Positions 1-12,269 of a stretch of DNA of 64,000 nucleotides are shown here, in pieces. The stretch is from Saccostrea cucullata (taxonomy: Eukaryota). Positions within the stretch are counted from its first letter, which is position 1, and each line of letters starts with the position of its first letter. Location of the stretch: the NCBI RefSeq assembly GCF_032062105.1, contig NW_026919765.1:62001-126000 (forward strand). Direction: 5' to 3'. The notes under the pieces are model-generated. The model was not told the origin of the DNA. It made no database searches and was given only the letters and a program-made list of their open reading frames with translations. The position numbers and the translations under genes are program-made.

Positions 1-329
1 TGTTGTTTTTGACTTAGCGGGTTTCTATACGCCAAACCGCTAACAGGAAAAGGCAGTGAAATCTAATACGTTTACAATATTCATAATTTCTTTATTTAGA
101 GAACATTTATCAACACCAGAAAATAACAATTAATTATTTATTTTTTTAGTGAGTATATGTTGTGGCAATATTTGTGGGTTGCAAATCTATCTGTGTCATA
201 CTCATTTCAGTAAATATTGATGTATCTTCTATAAAAGATGTCAACCTCTGCCACAAAACAATGCAATTCCCAATAGCTCAAAATCTAGACTAAATGAAAA
301 CCATAATTTTACGTTAAATATAAATAATA

Positions 330-1512
330 CTTAGTTTAAATATCTGTTGGGTTGAGTTGGCCCATAAGGCAAATAGCTGCAAATGAGTCAAAGTTTGCAA
401 TCACCTAATAAGGAGCATCAAGTTAACTGACCCACGACAATACTCTATCCTCCAAGTTATTTCCTCCTGGATAGATTGTTCCTAAATTTAGACAAAATAT
501 TATAGACCCCCCCTCTGCATTGTGTTAAGAAAAACAGAATCTCCAAGGTCATACAGATAAACACCATTTTTCACAAAAAATGAAATATAGACCGCAGGAG
601 TTTTGGATATTAGAATTAGCACCCTCTAGAACTATTTAAGCGAATCCGAGCTCTTTCCGTTGCTTTATCGTTTTGGGATGATTCTTATTAGATTATGGAA
701 AGGAAGTTAGACCATATACATTTGTCATTTGGAAAAAAATATGTACAAATCCTACAGCTGTGACCTCGCTTACTGAAGTTTACGACATTATTGAATCCTC
801 TTTTGAAGACTTAGCTGTACTTTGATCTTGGTAATCGTTTAAATATTTCGATAAATGGTCAACTTTAATATGATTTTTTCTTAGGGCCCATATTTCTTTT
901 AGGTCTACATTGTTGGTGTTTTATAGTACCGCTGGCACCTGGGTATCGAAAGGGGTTTTGAAAATACATTTTATGATTATATGTAGATAGTCACATACCT
1001 GTTTGTTAAAGAATATAATGTTGGTAAATCATTTGTAGTGCGATACCTGCCCAGTTGAGATGAAATGGATAGCGACAGCCTGCGTGCATGAACATAAACT
1101 ATTTAATGTTTAGAGTCTATACCCGCCCAGTAAATTAATGGGATAACATTTATTCTTATATACTGTCCATTTATTTCAGCATATTTAGAATTGAACATGT
1201 TATCTTTGATGCTCTAGGAGACATTTGACGACAACAAACTTTTGACAGAATCAATCATGTGTGGTGTCTCAAGCACCACATTGCCACACAAACTACCTGA
1301 TGTTTCTAAGTACAAGTTATTCCACCATCTTAATTCTTTGTTGTAAATTTTGTGGTTCTGTAGCTAGCAGGGGTAACTCTCTAGGATTTTCCTCACTAGC
1401 TGCAACAGGATCCCTGGCTATGCTTTTTCTTTGTGAAGTGCCTCTTTCTAATGTTTGTAAAGTAACTGAATCATCTTCACCAGATATCATCCCACTGGAT
1501 CATGCAGCATAG
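330..1512 (-). mobile_element. Highly decayed DIRS/Ngaro-like (tyrosine-recombinase retrotransposon) relic
   Basis: Minus-strand fragments read IKVDHLSKYLNDYQDQSTAK (the copy at 8255-8330 reads KVTHLSKYLNDYQDQSTAKFLKEDF), CGLYF..KWCLSV*P and, in the unit-B copy, IDSVNSLLSSKVSQSIKDNM. From memory these resemble the pre-RT, RNase H and gag-like segments of DIRS-type elements. Many stops and frameshifts. Confidence 0.45.
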
Positions 1513-2227
1513 AAACTTACTAGGCAATATATAATAAATTTAAGAATTATTATATCTTGTTTTCTTTGCTATGGGTTTTGCCATCAATTTTATAAACTCG
1601 TGAGCTAAATATGGGAGGAAATTAATCATAACTTTTTTTGATATTCTTAATGATAAATTACAAAATCAGTGAATTGTATACATCTTAGGAGCAAGCTATT
1701 TTAGTGCGCTTCCATGTTCTTATGCACTAAATGACAATCCAAAAACAGCGTGTGTTTAAACATAAAATTATTTTTCATAAATGAAATGTATACAATAACA
1801 ATATCAATCATAATTTACATTTTTACTAGGGATGTTAATAGCATGACAAAGCGAGTGTGAGGCAGGCGTTTATTTAACATTAAGTATTTTAAGAAAAAAT
1901 CATCTCATTTACATGTCCAGGAAGTAATATGACTGCATTGATTATTGTCTGTTGAACCGTGAACGTTAAATTGAGGAAGTGCAGTATAACCACAAAGGTA
2001 CCACTCCCTATATAAGTATACATACCTACAAAGGAAATAGTCCTAACATAAAGAGGTAAAATAATTGTGCAAAAAGTCTTTTCAACTCAGGTTTGAAAAT
2101 AAGTAAACATACTGTATATCTAAAGATTGCTTACCCTCTATTAAAATAGACAACAGTAAGTTTATTTTTGTATAAAAGTCTTCAAAAGAAGTCGATAAAA
2201 TTCTGGTACATGATCGCGATTTCTCAA

Positions 2228-2800
2228 AGAGCGATATATGGTAAGTGTCTCAATTGGCCCCTTAAAATGAATATATTAATTTTACTTTATATTAAGCTTT
2301 AATTTGTACAGCTATATATGCAACCTTTATTGGTCATTTTCATTTTGATCAAAATGCCATAGTTCTAGAAATATGACATAATAAAAATCACGTTTTCCCG
2401 CCATTTTAGCATATTTTGTATAAAACTGCGTATTTTCAAGCAGTTTTTCTTCCAGAAAATATAAAGCGCATATTTATATTTTTACCAAAGATGTATCTAT
2501 CCAATACTAATTAGTGACAGAAAAATTATGCATGTTCTACACTGCGCTCTATGTTTCCCATAAGAAAAAAAAGCATCAAGAAAAAGGCATAATTTTGGCT
2601 TTTTTGTTAGATAGCAAGAAAATAGCATTATTTCTCATGTCATTTACAGCTAGTGATTGCATATAGATGTGAAAAATATAATGGAAATATTTCTAATATA
2701 ATCTCTTCTACAAAATAAATATCAATGAAACATATCTGAATGTCATTCTAAAATGTTGATTTTTAGGGGGCCAAAATTGGCTCTTATCATATATACTACT
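2228..2800. mobile_element. Non-autonomous TIR element (Kolobok-like MITE), present only in duplication unit A
   Basis: Imperfect ~45-bp TIRs (agagcgatatatggtaagtgtctcaattggccccttaaaat / atttttagggggccaaaattggctcttatcatatatactact), AG...CT ends, flanked by tcaa/ttaa; absent at the paralogous site ~9705-9716. Confidence 0.65.
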
Positions 2801-2879
2801 TTAAGATCACGCTATAAGAAAAAAAAATAGCATGATAAGGCACAGTAATAATGCTTATTATCCATTTAAAACAACACAA

Positions 2880-3000
2880 ATCAGAAGCAAAGCAATCATG
2901 GACTTTTGAAGTCATCAGAGGTGGGATCAGGAGCCATTAAGGAGCCAGCATCTTCCTTTGATATGTCATACCCGCCGTGTGATCCCTGTTCATCAGAGGA
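2880..3000 (-). mobile_element. Decayed Penelope-like element 3'-end fragment
   Basis: catcagaggtgggatcagg...catacccgccgtgtg matches the 3' module of the RT-bearing copy at 34051-34652. Confidence 0.7.
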
Positions 3001-3979
3001 GCAAACTCTTGCATATGGTAAAATTATAGACATAAACCCTATATAAATGTGCCACTGAAATAAGGGAAATTGACGTTAGAAAAGTAAAAGTCATCATTCA
3101 TCATAAAGTGTATTAATATACTTCCTAGTATATTATCTAAATATAAAACATATGTGTCACACTCTATATCAGTATTCAAACCTCAGTCGGAAATATCGAG
3201 TTGACATAAGAATTAATGGAAGTACCGATTTTTAATAATAAATAAATCTTAATTCGATATACATGCTATTTGAAGGTTTGATTACTTATTATTTGAAAAA
3301 ATTTCCCATGATTTGCTGAATAATTCACTGTTAAAAACTTAACACTCAATTCTTACAAAAATATCACCACCATTAAACATATCAAAAATACTTTTTCTTA
3401 CAAAAAGGGGTTTGCAGACCCAAATAGTTGTTAATCTAATGTCGATTTGTCTTTGACCCTATCTTCCAATTATCTAATAGAACGATCTCGAAAAAGAAAA
3501 TGAAAAATATACGAGTACACGTATGTACAGTACATAAACATAAATATTACTTCTCAATCGTTGATACTATAATGATAATAATGTAATCAAGGAACGGCGT
3601 GAAATGCAGAATTGACAAGAAGCTATTGCTGAATTAAATGGAAAAAAAAACTTTATCACATAGCAGTATTATTTTTAACTATACATAATCGTTACTGTAT
3701 AAAGATGAATAGAATTTTTTTTATCTGTAAGATGAATGATATATTGCAGAAGGATTATTAAAAAAAGGTACTGTAAGTTGTAGGCAAATAACAACCACTT
3801 TGTGGTGTCATTTTTATTGGGCTTGCGATAAAAATAAAAAAAAATGTGCAGACATTAGATTGCATTGGGTATGACGTTTTGTAATTGTAGTTAAGATGAT
3901 CCGTATTTTATTACAGTGACATGTAGGTATACGGGAGAAGGAAGTTATTAAATGTATACAATCCTCCTAACATTTAACT

Positions 3980-5206
3980 ATGGAGAACGATACAGATTAC
4001 CAGTTGATGCTACTGGAACGATATTCCGATATTTCTTTGAGTAGCTCAATACTTATTCTAATTGGTGCTGCCGTAGGGATCATAGGAAACAGTACCATCA
4101 TCGTTTTCTACTTTTTCCGCATCAAAGAGAGAGGGGAGCGTTACTTTATTCCGTTATTGGCCATTGTTGATCTTGTTGCGTGTTTTACAAGTCCCCCTTT
4201 CTACATCATGGACAACACCTTCTTTTACAATTACCCAAGTGATGCTGCTTGTCGATTTCTCTCGTTTCTGCAGATGTGTGTCCCTGGAGTGTCAGCCCAT
4301 ATACTTCTTGTAATATCTATACAAAGGTACCTTTTGGTATGTAAACCATTCGGCCCCAAAATGACGTTAGCTTGGAAAAGAGTTTTCTTTGGAATAGCGT
4401 GTGGTTTTGCCTTGGCATATTCCGTCCCGTTGTTTGGAACATCAGGGGTTCTAAAGACTGTTGACAAGTTCATGAATCATAACGTTACGACAGAGATATG
4501 TAAATTTTCTGTTGACACTTCACCAGTAATTACTGTGTATTTTGGACTTTTGGCGCTTATTATGGTGGCAAACATCGGAATAACGGCTGGACTATATGTA
4601 CCTGTTCTGAGACAGGTTAAGCTTTCTTTTCGGCGAAAAATAAAAATGACAAGCATTCAAAATGAAAGTAATTGTGCTTCTCATACGGAGTCTTCACATA
4701 CTACGCAGTCAACTGAAATGGAACTTGACAAAGACCAATATGGGAAAGATAACACAGAGTTACAAGAGGTTCATGTATCAACGAAAGAAAACTATTCAAA
4801 CATTCATGAAGACATTGGGAAAACCTCCAAAGTGGCATCCAATGAAATTAGTGAGGATGAAATGAAAGTTCAAAATCCAAATGGAACAGGTACAGTGGAA
4901 AGCAAAAATACGCGCCGAAAAGATGGATCCGTGCAGCGCAGAATCACAATCATGTTTCTTGTCATAATAATTGCTTATGTTTTGTCTTATATTCCACCGC
5001 TTGTAATTTTGATTTTGTCATATGCTATCGATGATTTTAATTTCATCACTCTGTCGGAATCGGCCACAATAGCCTGGCTTTATCTGGCACGGTTCGTTTT
5101 TCTGAATCATATCGTTAATCCCTTTATCTACGGCTACTTTGATACAAAATTTAGGGATCAATTACACATTTGTTTTATGAAATGCAAAAGAAAATTCATT
5201 TCTTAA
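3980..5206 (+). CDS. Intronless rhodopsin-family (class A) GPCR, 408 aa (GPCR-1); orphan, peptide-receptor-like or candidate chemoreceptor
   Basis: Seven hydrophobic segments; TM1 GN, TM2 LAIVD, Cys at the top of TM3 (AACR) and in ECL2 (EICK), TM3 QRY, TM6 SYIP, TM7 NPFIY, N-terminal sequon NDT, long polar ICL3. Confidence 0.95.
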   Translation: MENDTDYQLMLLERYSDISLSSSILILIGAAVGIIGNSTIIVFYFFRIKERGERYFIPLLAIVDLVACFTSPPFYIMDNTFFYNYPSDAACRFLSFLQMCVPGVSAHILLVISIQRYLLVCKPFGPKMTLAWKRVFFGIACGFALAYSVPLFGTSGVLKTVDKFMNHNVTTEICKFSVDTSPVITVYFGLLALIMVANIGITAGLYVPVLRQVKLSFRRKIKMTSIQNESNCASHTESSHTTQSTEMELDKDQYGKDNTELQEVHVSTKENYSNIHEDIGKTSKVASNEISEDEMKVQNPNGTGTVESKNTRRKDGSVQRRITIMFLVIIIAYVLSYIPPLVILILSYAIDDFNFITLSESATIAWLYLARFVFLNHIVNPFIYGYFDTKFRDQLHICFMKCKRKFIS

Positions 5207-5944
5207 TAACTGATTTTAAACTCACATAAAGGATTGACACATCTGGATATGAAAAAAATATTTTGGAGCATTTGGGCGATGAACAATTAAATATCTTTCG
5301 AATTAAGAAAATCTTATTTATATTGTATTCTTCATGAGCTATATTTGAATATATTTAATTTGTAAATATTCTAAATAAGGTTGTATATACATTTCAAACA
5401 TCTTATGGATTCAAGTGTATCTTTTTATATGCCTCCAAGATTGTCTAAGTATATTTTACTACATTTTACTAAATTGTTAATAGTTAAGTCTCATATTTAT
5501 TACTAAAGTATTTAAACACTTGGTTTTAAGCAGAAAATGTTTGAAAACAGCACATGCCTCCTAACTGGATGAAAATGTATCATCCAATTAATCATTTAGC
5601 AAGCTCATTGCTCACAATACCTCTAGTTTTCTCTACGACTTGTATAAAAAGTCGTTCATAATGACATAATCCCAAACAACAAATTACCTTTTTTTAGATT
5701 CTCTTAATGTTTATTTTCTAAGTTTTAAGGTTAATTTTTAAGTAACTTGTTCTTCCTGTATACGAAACTATGACTGGGTTAATATATAGTAAAATAAAGT
5801 ACGTGTAGGTATTACTTAAACAATGACAAAGCGTTTTCATATTTGTATTATTTATGAAAAATGTTTTGGAAGAAGAAACAAGATATTTAAAGCAAGATAT
5901 AATAGTATTCATCATGCAAGCATGATGATCTGTTTATTCAATTT

Positions 5945-6150
5945 ATTACACCATCGCTTAAAAAGTAGGAAGGTATATAGTGATGGGGATGTCCGTCCGT
6001 CTATACATCCGTTCGTCTGTTTGTTACGCTTTAGGGAACCCATCCTTACATGCAAATCCTTTATTAACAATAAATGAAATCTGATGACAATTTCACAGAA
6101 TCTTTCTTACATAGAGTCATCGTGCACCTCCTATTTTACTTTTTTATCTG
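5945..6150 (+). mobile_element. Helentron-type non-autonomous element (HINE/DINE-like), 5' part
   Basis: ttattacacc...ggtatatagtgatggggatgtccgtccgtct (GTCC microsatellite) followed by aaat..gatga.aa.tt.acagaat..gtgcacctcctatttt; paralogue at 13680-13900. Confidence 0.6.
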
Positions 6151-6371
6151 TGAATTATTTGAATTCATGTACATATTTAAGTAAACTTTTATATGACTTA
6201 TTATCTCTAAACCATAGATTCATATCAACTTGAAATTTATCTCAATAAATTTCGACTAACGATAAACAAAAAATATCATCTTAATATTTCTAATATTTCG
6301 TGAATGCCTGCTAGGCCTGCTAAAGCATGAAATACATGAATAAAATATATAATATGAAATGAAATACATGT

Positions 6372-6790
6372 ATGTGGATAAAACGAACAGCATTCAAACT
6401 CAAAAGTTCACGAAACATTACAAAACAGGAGCAGAGCAAGCAAGGACCTTCAAAACATTACAAAACAGGAGCAGAACAAGCAAGGACCTTCAAAACATTA
6501 CAAAACAGGAGCAGAGCAAGCAAGGACCTTCAAAACATTACAAAACAGGAGCAGAACAAGCAAGGACCTTCAAAACATTACAAAACAGGAGCAGAACAAG
6601 CAAGGACCTTCAAAACATTAGACGTGGGATCAAGTGCCTTGGAGAAGTGATCATTCCCTGCCGACCGGTCACACCTGACGTGTGCTCCTTGTCATGATCG
6701 GGAAATAAGGGGAAAAAATTCTTGGACAACTGAGTGTATATACAATGGCCTAAAAATCAGTATGAAATAAAGTTAGACAGCATTTGTTCT
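6372..6790 (-). mobile_element. Penelope-like element 3'-end fragment containing a 40-bp minisatellite
   Basis: ggataaaacgaacagcattcaa...gtgggatcaagtgccttggagaagtgatcattccctgccgaccggtcacacc...tcagtatgaaataaagttagacagcattt aligns with 34055-34310. Confidence 0.8.
6413..6620 (+). repeat. 40-bp minisatellite, ~5.2 copies
   Basis: Unit caaaacaggagcaga(g/a)caagcaaggaccttcaaaacatta repeated at 6421, 6461, 6501, 6541 and 6581. Confidence 0.95.
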
Positions 6791-7224
6791 GATTCCAAAA
6801 ATTACAAAATAATTGTCCTACAAATTATTTTTTTTTTTTTACAAATGTGTTACAAACATATTTGAATTGCGAACGTCAGAGGTAATATGCAGTTTATATT
6901 AAACTTTAAATATAAAGAGCACATGTTCGGAGTCATCCTTTTGTTTCATATAAGAATGTTTTCTTGATTTTTTAAGATGGGAGAAAATTAAAATTAAATT
7001 ATATTACAAACGAGATGACTTCAACTTCTCCGTCATCACCTTTCCTTATTCATGCAGTTATATTCAGCTATCACCCGCATGCATGGTGTTTACATTTCCC
7101 ATCTTATTATTATTACAGTAACCTCTCATTGGGTCATATTTTGTCTGAATCGGTTCATACCGTTAGTGTAACCATTGTTTTTATGCAGCAAATGACAGGT
7201 GTATAGTTCATCTACTTGATGAAA

Positions 7225-7375
7225 AAAGGCCCATGGCGGGTGTGACGGGTCACCAGGGGATAAGTACTCCTCCATTGCATCTGAACCACATTCTTATGTT
7301 TTAGAGGCCCGTTTTTGTCCTGCTTTTAAATTTTTTAAATGTACTTTTAAGTTTATATTGTTCGTTACTTAGACA
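7225..7375 (+). mobile_element. Older Penelope-like 3'-end fragment, plus orientation (paralogue at ~15685-15830)
   Basis: catggcgggtgtgacgggtcaccaggggataagtactcctccattgcatctga...gaggcccgtttttgtcctgct...attgttcgtta. Confidence 0.65.
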
Positions 7376-10030
7376 TTTAGACATTTAATTTACAAAGTAA
7401 CAAAGATGTGGTACAATAATGTAGCCGTGCACACAATTAATAAGATACCTCCCTGATTACATCTTGTGTGGAAATTTTCACATTTGTATGTATTCGGATG
7501 TACATTTGCAGGGATAGAATCTCTTAGACTAATATACATGTACTAAATTTACTAGAAATCTTGATTGTCGATAAACTGTGGTTTCTCAATGATAATTGTA
7601 TTCTATCTACAAACTCAGTTCCATTAATAATTGGATAGTAAATATAGGTTAATAAGTAATTATAAAAGGAAGACATGTTGACAGACGAAAATTGAGTGTG
7701 GTCGGTACGTAGTCAGTAGATGCTTTTTGCTCTACGGCATCTGGTGTTTGGAGGGCCGTGTTTGTTTTACTCCTACTTTGTGTTGCTAAATAAACTTTTC
7801 ATCTTTAATACTGTTCGTTATTTATATGTACATGAATTTCATTGAGCGGAAATTGATTTTTCAAGAAGTCACCTTTGACTTGATTAAACTCATTTCTAAA
7901 AATACTTATTTATGGATAAATGTGCAAGACATCTAGTGTTGTTCTTGAATTCGCGGAAGTTTTTATCCGCGAAAACTGCTAAAAAGATTAGCGAGTATAT
8001 GTCGTGGCAATATTAGTGAGTTGCAAATCAGATCAACACAACATTGGCAGACACACTACAGCAGCAGCAACAATTCAATCATCTATCTCTGCCATACTCA
8101 TTTCCGTACATATTGCAGTTACTTTTATAGAAGTTGTCAAACTCTATCACAAAGCAATACAGTTCCCATCAGCTTAAAATTTAGACTTAATGTTATCCAT
8201 CATTTTGCTTATTTAACTTAATAATACATGTATTTTGTTTAAATATCAGATATGTTAAAATCCTCTTTTAAAAACTTGGCTGTACTTTGATCTTGGTAAT
8301 CGTTTAAATATTTCGATAAATGGGTAACTTTATTATGATTTTTCCCGCCCAGGAAATTAATGGGATAACATTTCGTCTTAATCTGGACTGTTCATCATAC
8401 ATTTTCCATCCCATACACATCCCTCTTGAAGCCCCTAACCTAATGTTGTGCATAAATTTAAAATTACCCTGCATTTATCCTAATAGGCTGAAGCAAAAAT
8501 ACTAATATAAATCAAGGAAAAAATCTATTTTTCGATCTCGTTAATATTAATTTTAGCTTTTGATGTAATTTGGCAACAGGAATTTCTTTTTCATTGAAGA
8601 AATTTTCCTCTCTTCTAAGATTATTCAGTAATATATGTACTGTACATTTATATCAACATAATTATTTAGAATAAAACATGTTATCTTTGATGCTCTGGGA
8701 GACTTTGGATGACAACAAACTGTTGACAGAATCAATCATGTGTGGTGTCTTAAACACAACATTGCCACAGAGACTACTTGATCTTTCTGAGGTACAAGTT
8801 ATTCCATCCTCCTAATTCTTTGTTGTGTATTTTGTGGTTCTGCAGCAACCAGGGGTAACTCTCTAGGATTTTTCTTACTAGCTGCAGCAGGGTCCATGGC
8901 TATGCATTTTCTTTGTGAAGTGTCTCTTTCCAATGTTTGTGAAGTAACTAAATCATCTTCACCAGATACCATCCCACTGGATCATGCAGCATAGAGCCTT
9001 GCTATGTAATATATAATAAATCTAAGAATATTATATCTTGCTATCTTTGCTTTGAGTTTTGCCCTTCAATTTTATAAAACTCGTGAGCTAAATATTGCAG
9101 TTAAATTAATCAAGATAACTTTTTCTATATTCTGAATGACAAATTACAAAATCAGTCAATTTTATACGCCTTAGGAGCAAGCTATATTAGCATGCTTCCA
9201 TGTTCTTATGCACCAGATAACAATCCAAGACCATTGTGTGCTTAAACGTCAAATTATTTCTCCTAAATAAAATGTATACAATTGCAATATCAATCAAAAT
9301 ATACATTTTTACTAGGGATGTCAATAGCATGACAAAGCGAGTGCTCATTTTGACACAGGCGTTTAGTTAACATTAATAAGTTTTTAAAAAAAAAATCCCT
9401 AAAATCATTTCATTTACATGTCCAGGAAATAGTATGACTGCATTAATAATTGTCTGTTGAACTGTGAACGTTAAATTGAGGAAGTATAGCATAACCACTC
9501 CCTATATAAATATATCCATGCAAAGGAAATAGTCCTTACGTAAAGACGCTGAGAATAAGGTCAAATTATCTTTTTAACTCAGGCTTAAAATGAGAAAACA
9601 TATACCTTAAAATTGCTTACCCGAAATTAAAGTAAACAATAGTGAGCTAATTATGTTTTTAAAGTTTTAAAGAGAAGTAGGCGAAATTAAAATTGATCAT
9701 CATTTTCTAACTTTAAGATCACGATACTTAAAAAATTAGGAGATAAGGAACAATAATAATGCTTATAATCCATTTAAAACAACACCTATCGGAAGCAGAG
9801 CAATCAGGAACTTTTGAAGCCATCAGAGGTGGGATCAGGAGCCATTAAGGAGCCAGCATCTCCAGTTGATCTGCCATACCCGCCGTGTGATCCTTGTTCA
9901 TCAGAGGAGCAACCTCTTGCATTATGTTAAATTATAGACATAAACCCTAGATGCATGTGTTACTCAAATAAGAGAAGCTGACGTTAGAATAGTAAAAGTC
10001 ATTATTCATCATAAAGGTTTGTTTTAATAT

Positions 10031-10200
10031 AAGGATATGGAGATAACGAACAGTATTCAATCTCAAAATCCATAAAACACGAGCATTCACGGACCCCCGA
10101 AACATCAGAGGTGGGATCAGGTGCCATGGAGGAGTTAGCATCCCCTGCCGACCGGTCACAACCGCCGTGTGTTCCTTGTCATGATCAGGAAATAACGGAA
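10031..10200 (-). mobile_element. Penelope-like 3'-end insertion specific to unit B
   Basis: aaggatatggagataacgaacagtattcaatctc...gaggtgggatcaggtgccatggaggag...caggaaataacggaa, flanked by aatat on both sides; unit A (3115-3125) has the empty site. Confidence 0.75.
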
Positions 10201-11042
10201 AATATCCTTCCTAGTAGTTTATCCAAATATAAAACAGATGTGTCGTACTCTATATCGGTATTCAAACCTCAATCGGAAATATCGAGTCGACATAAGGATC
10301 AGAGTACCGATTTTTAATAACAGATAAATCTTAAATTCGATATGCATGCTTTTTGAAATTTTTTTTTTACTAATTATTTGACAAATCTTCCCACGATCTG
10401 CTGAATGATTCACTGTTAAAAACTTTAACACACATTTATTATAAAATATGAACACCATTAAACAAAACAAAAATAGATTTTTTAGACCCAAATAGTAATT
10501 AATTCAATGTCGACTTGTCTTTGACCTTATCTTCCAATTATTTAATAGAAGAATCTCGAAAAAGAAAATGAAAAGCATACTAATACACGTATGTACAGTA
10601 CATAGACATTAATATAACTTCTCTATCTTTGATACTATAATGATAATAATGTATCAAGGAACGGCTTGAAATGCAGAGATGGCATGAAACTATTGTTAAA
10701 TTAAATGATAAAAAAAAACTTTATCACAGAGCAGTATTATTTTCTTTTAAAAATACATACTCGTATAAAGATGAATAGAATCATTTTTAAATCTGTTGGA
10801 TGCATCATATATTGTAGAAGTAAAATAAAATGGGTAAAGTAAGTAGTATATAAATTGCAATTCTTTAGCAGTGTCATTTTTATTGGGTTCGAGATAAAAA
10901 TAAAAAAAAACCGTGCAGGCGTGAAATTGCATTTAGTATGACTTTATTTAACTTTGATCAAGATGATTCGTACTTTAGTACAGTGACATGAAGGTATGTT
11001 GGAGAAGGAAGTGAATGCATACACTCCTCCTAACATTTAAGT

Positions 11043-12269
11043 ATGGAGAACGATACAGATTACCAGTTGATGCTATTGGAACGATATTCCGATATTTTTT
11101 TGAGTAGCTCAATACTTATTCTTATTGGTGCTGTCGTAGGGATGATAGGAAACAGTACCATAATCGTTTTCTACTTTTTCCGCATCAAAGAGAGAGGGGA
11201 GCGTTACTTTATTCCGTTATTGGCCATTGTTGATCTTATTGCGTGTTTTACAAGTCCCCCTTTCTACATCATGGACAACACCTTCTTTTACAATTACCCA
11301 AGTGATGCTGCTTGTCGAATTCTCTCATTTCTTCAGATATGTGTTCCTGGAGCTTCAGGGCATATACTTTTGGTAATTACTATTCAAAGGTACCTTCTGG
11401 TATGCAAGCCATTCGGTCCGAAAATGACGTTAGTTTGGAAAAGAGTTTTCTTTGGAATAGCGTGTGGTTTTGCCTTGGCATATTCCGTCCCGTTGTTTGG
11501 AACATCGGGGGTTCTAAAGACTGTTGATAAGTTTATGAATCATAACGTTACGACAGAGATATGTAAATTTTCTGTTGACACTTCACCAGTAATTACTGTG
11601 TATTTTGGACTTTTGACACTTATTATGGTGGCAAACATTGGAATAACGGCTGGACTATATGTGCCTGTTTTGAGACAGGTTAAGCTTTCTTTTCAGCGAA
11701 AAATAAAAATGACAAGCATTCAAAATGAAAGTAATATTGCCTCTCATACCGAGTCTTCACATACAACGCAGTCAACTGAAATGGAACTTGACAAAGAACA
11801 TTATGGGAAAGATAGCACAGAGTTACAAGACGTTCATGTATCAACGAAAGAAAACTATCCAAACATTCATGAAGACATTAGGAAAACCTCCAAAGTGGCA
11901 TCCAATGAAATTAGTGAGGATGAAATAAAAAGTCAAAATCCTAATGGAACAGGTACAATGGAAAGCAAAAATACGCGCCGAAAAGATGGATCCGTGCAGA
12001 GAAGAATCACAGTCATGTTTCTTGTCATAATAATTGCTTATCTTTTGTCTTATATTCCACCGCTTGTCATTTTGATTCTGTCATATGCTATCGAGGATTT
12101 TAATTTCATCACTCTGTCGGAATCGGCCACAATAGCCTGGCTTTATCTTGCACGGTTCGTTTTTCTGAATCATATCGTTAATCCCTTTATCTACGGCTAC
12201 TTTGATACAAAATTTAGGGATCAATTACACATTTGTTTTATGAAGTGCAAAAGTAAATTCATTTCTTAA
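11043..12269 (+). CDS. Intronless class A GPCR, 408 aa (GPCR-2), paralogue of GPCR-1
   Basis: Same motifs as GPCR-1; 26 amino-acid differences by manual count (~94% identity). Confidence 0.95.
   Translation: MENDTDYQLMLLERYSDIFLSSSILILIGAVVGMIGNSTIIVFYFFRIKERGERYFIPLLAIVDLIACFTSPPFYIMDNTFFYNYPSDAACRILSFLQICVPGASGHILLVITIQRYLLVCKPFGPKMTLVWKRVFFGIACGFALAYSVPLFGTSGVLKTVDKFMNHNVTTEICKFSVDTSPVITVYFGLLTLIMVANIGITAGLYVPVLRQVKLSFQRKIKMTSIQNESNIASHTESSHTTQSTEMELDKEHYGKDSTELQDVHVSTKENYPNIHEDIRKTSKVASNEISEDEIKSQNPNGTGTMESKNTRRKDGSVQRRITVMFLVIIIAYLLSYIPPLVILILSYAIEDFNFITLSESATIAWLYLARFVFLNHIVNPFIYGYFDTKFRDQLHICFMKCKSKFIS

Larger units (their letters stand above)
1..7690 (+). repeat. Tandem segmental duplication, unit A (contains GPCR-1); left end probably outside the window
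   Basis: Colinear similarity to 7937-16123: tgttgtttttgacttagcgg (1) ~ tgttgttcttgaattcgcgg (7938); 1200-1560 ~ 8680-9060; GPCR-1 ~ GPCR-2; ggaagacatgttgacagacgaaa (7668) ~ ggaagacatgttgacagaagaaa (16101). Non-coding parts are visibly diverged with many indels. Confidence 0.9.

Noticed and set aside
6359-6697. 112-aa and 92-aa repetitive ORFs; superficially CRISPR-like repeat
   Set aside because: A 40-bp head-to-tail minisatellite with no unique spacers and no cas genes, in eukaryotic DNA.
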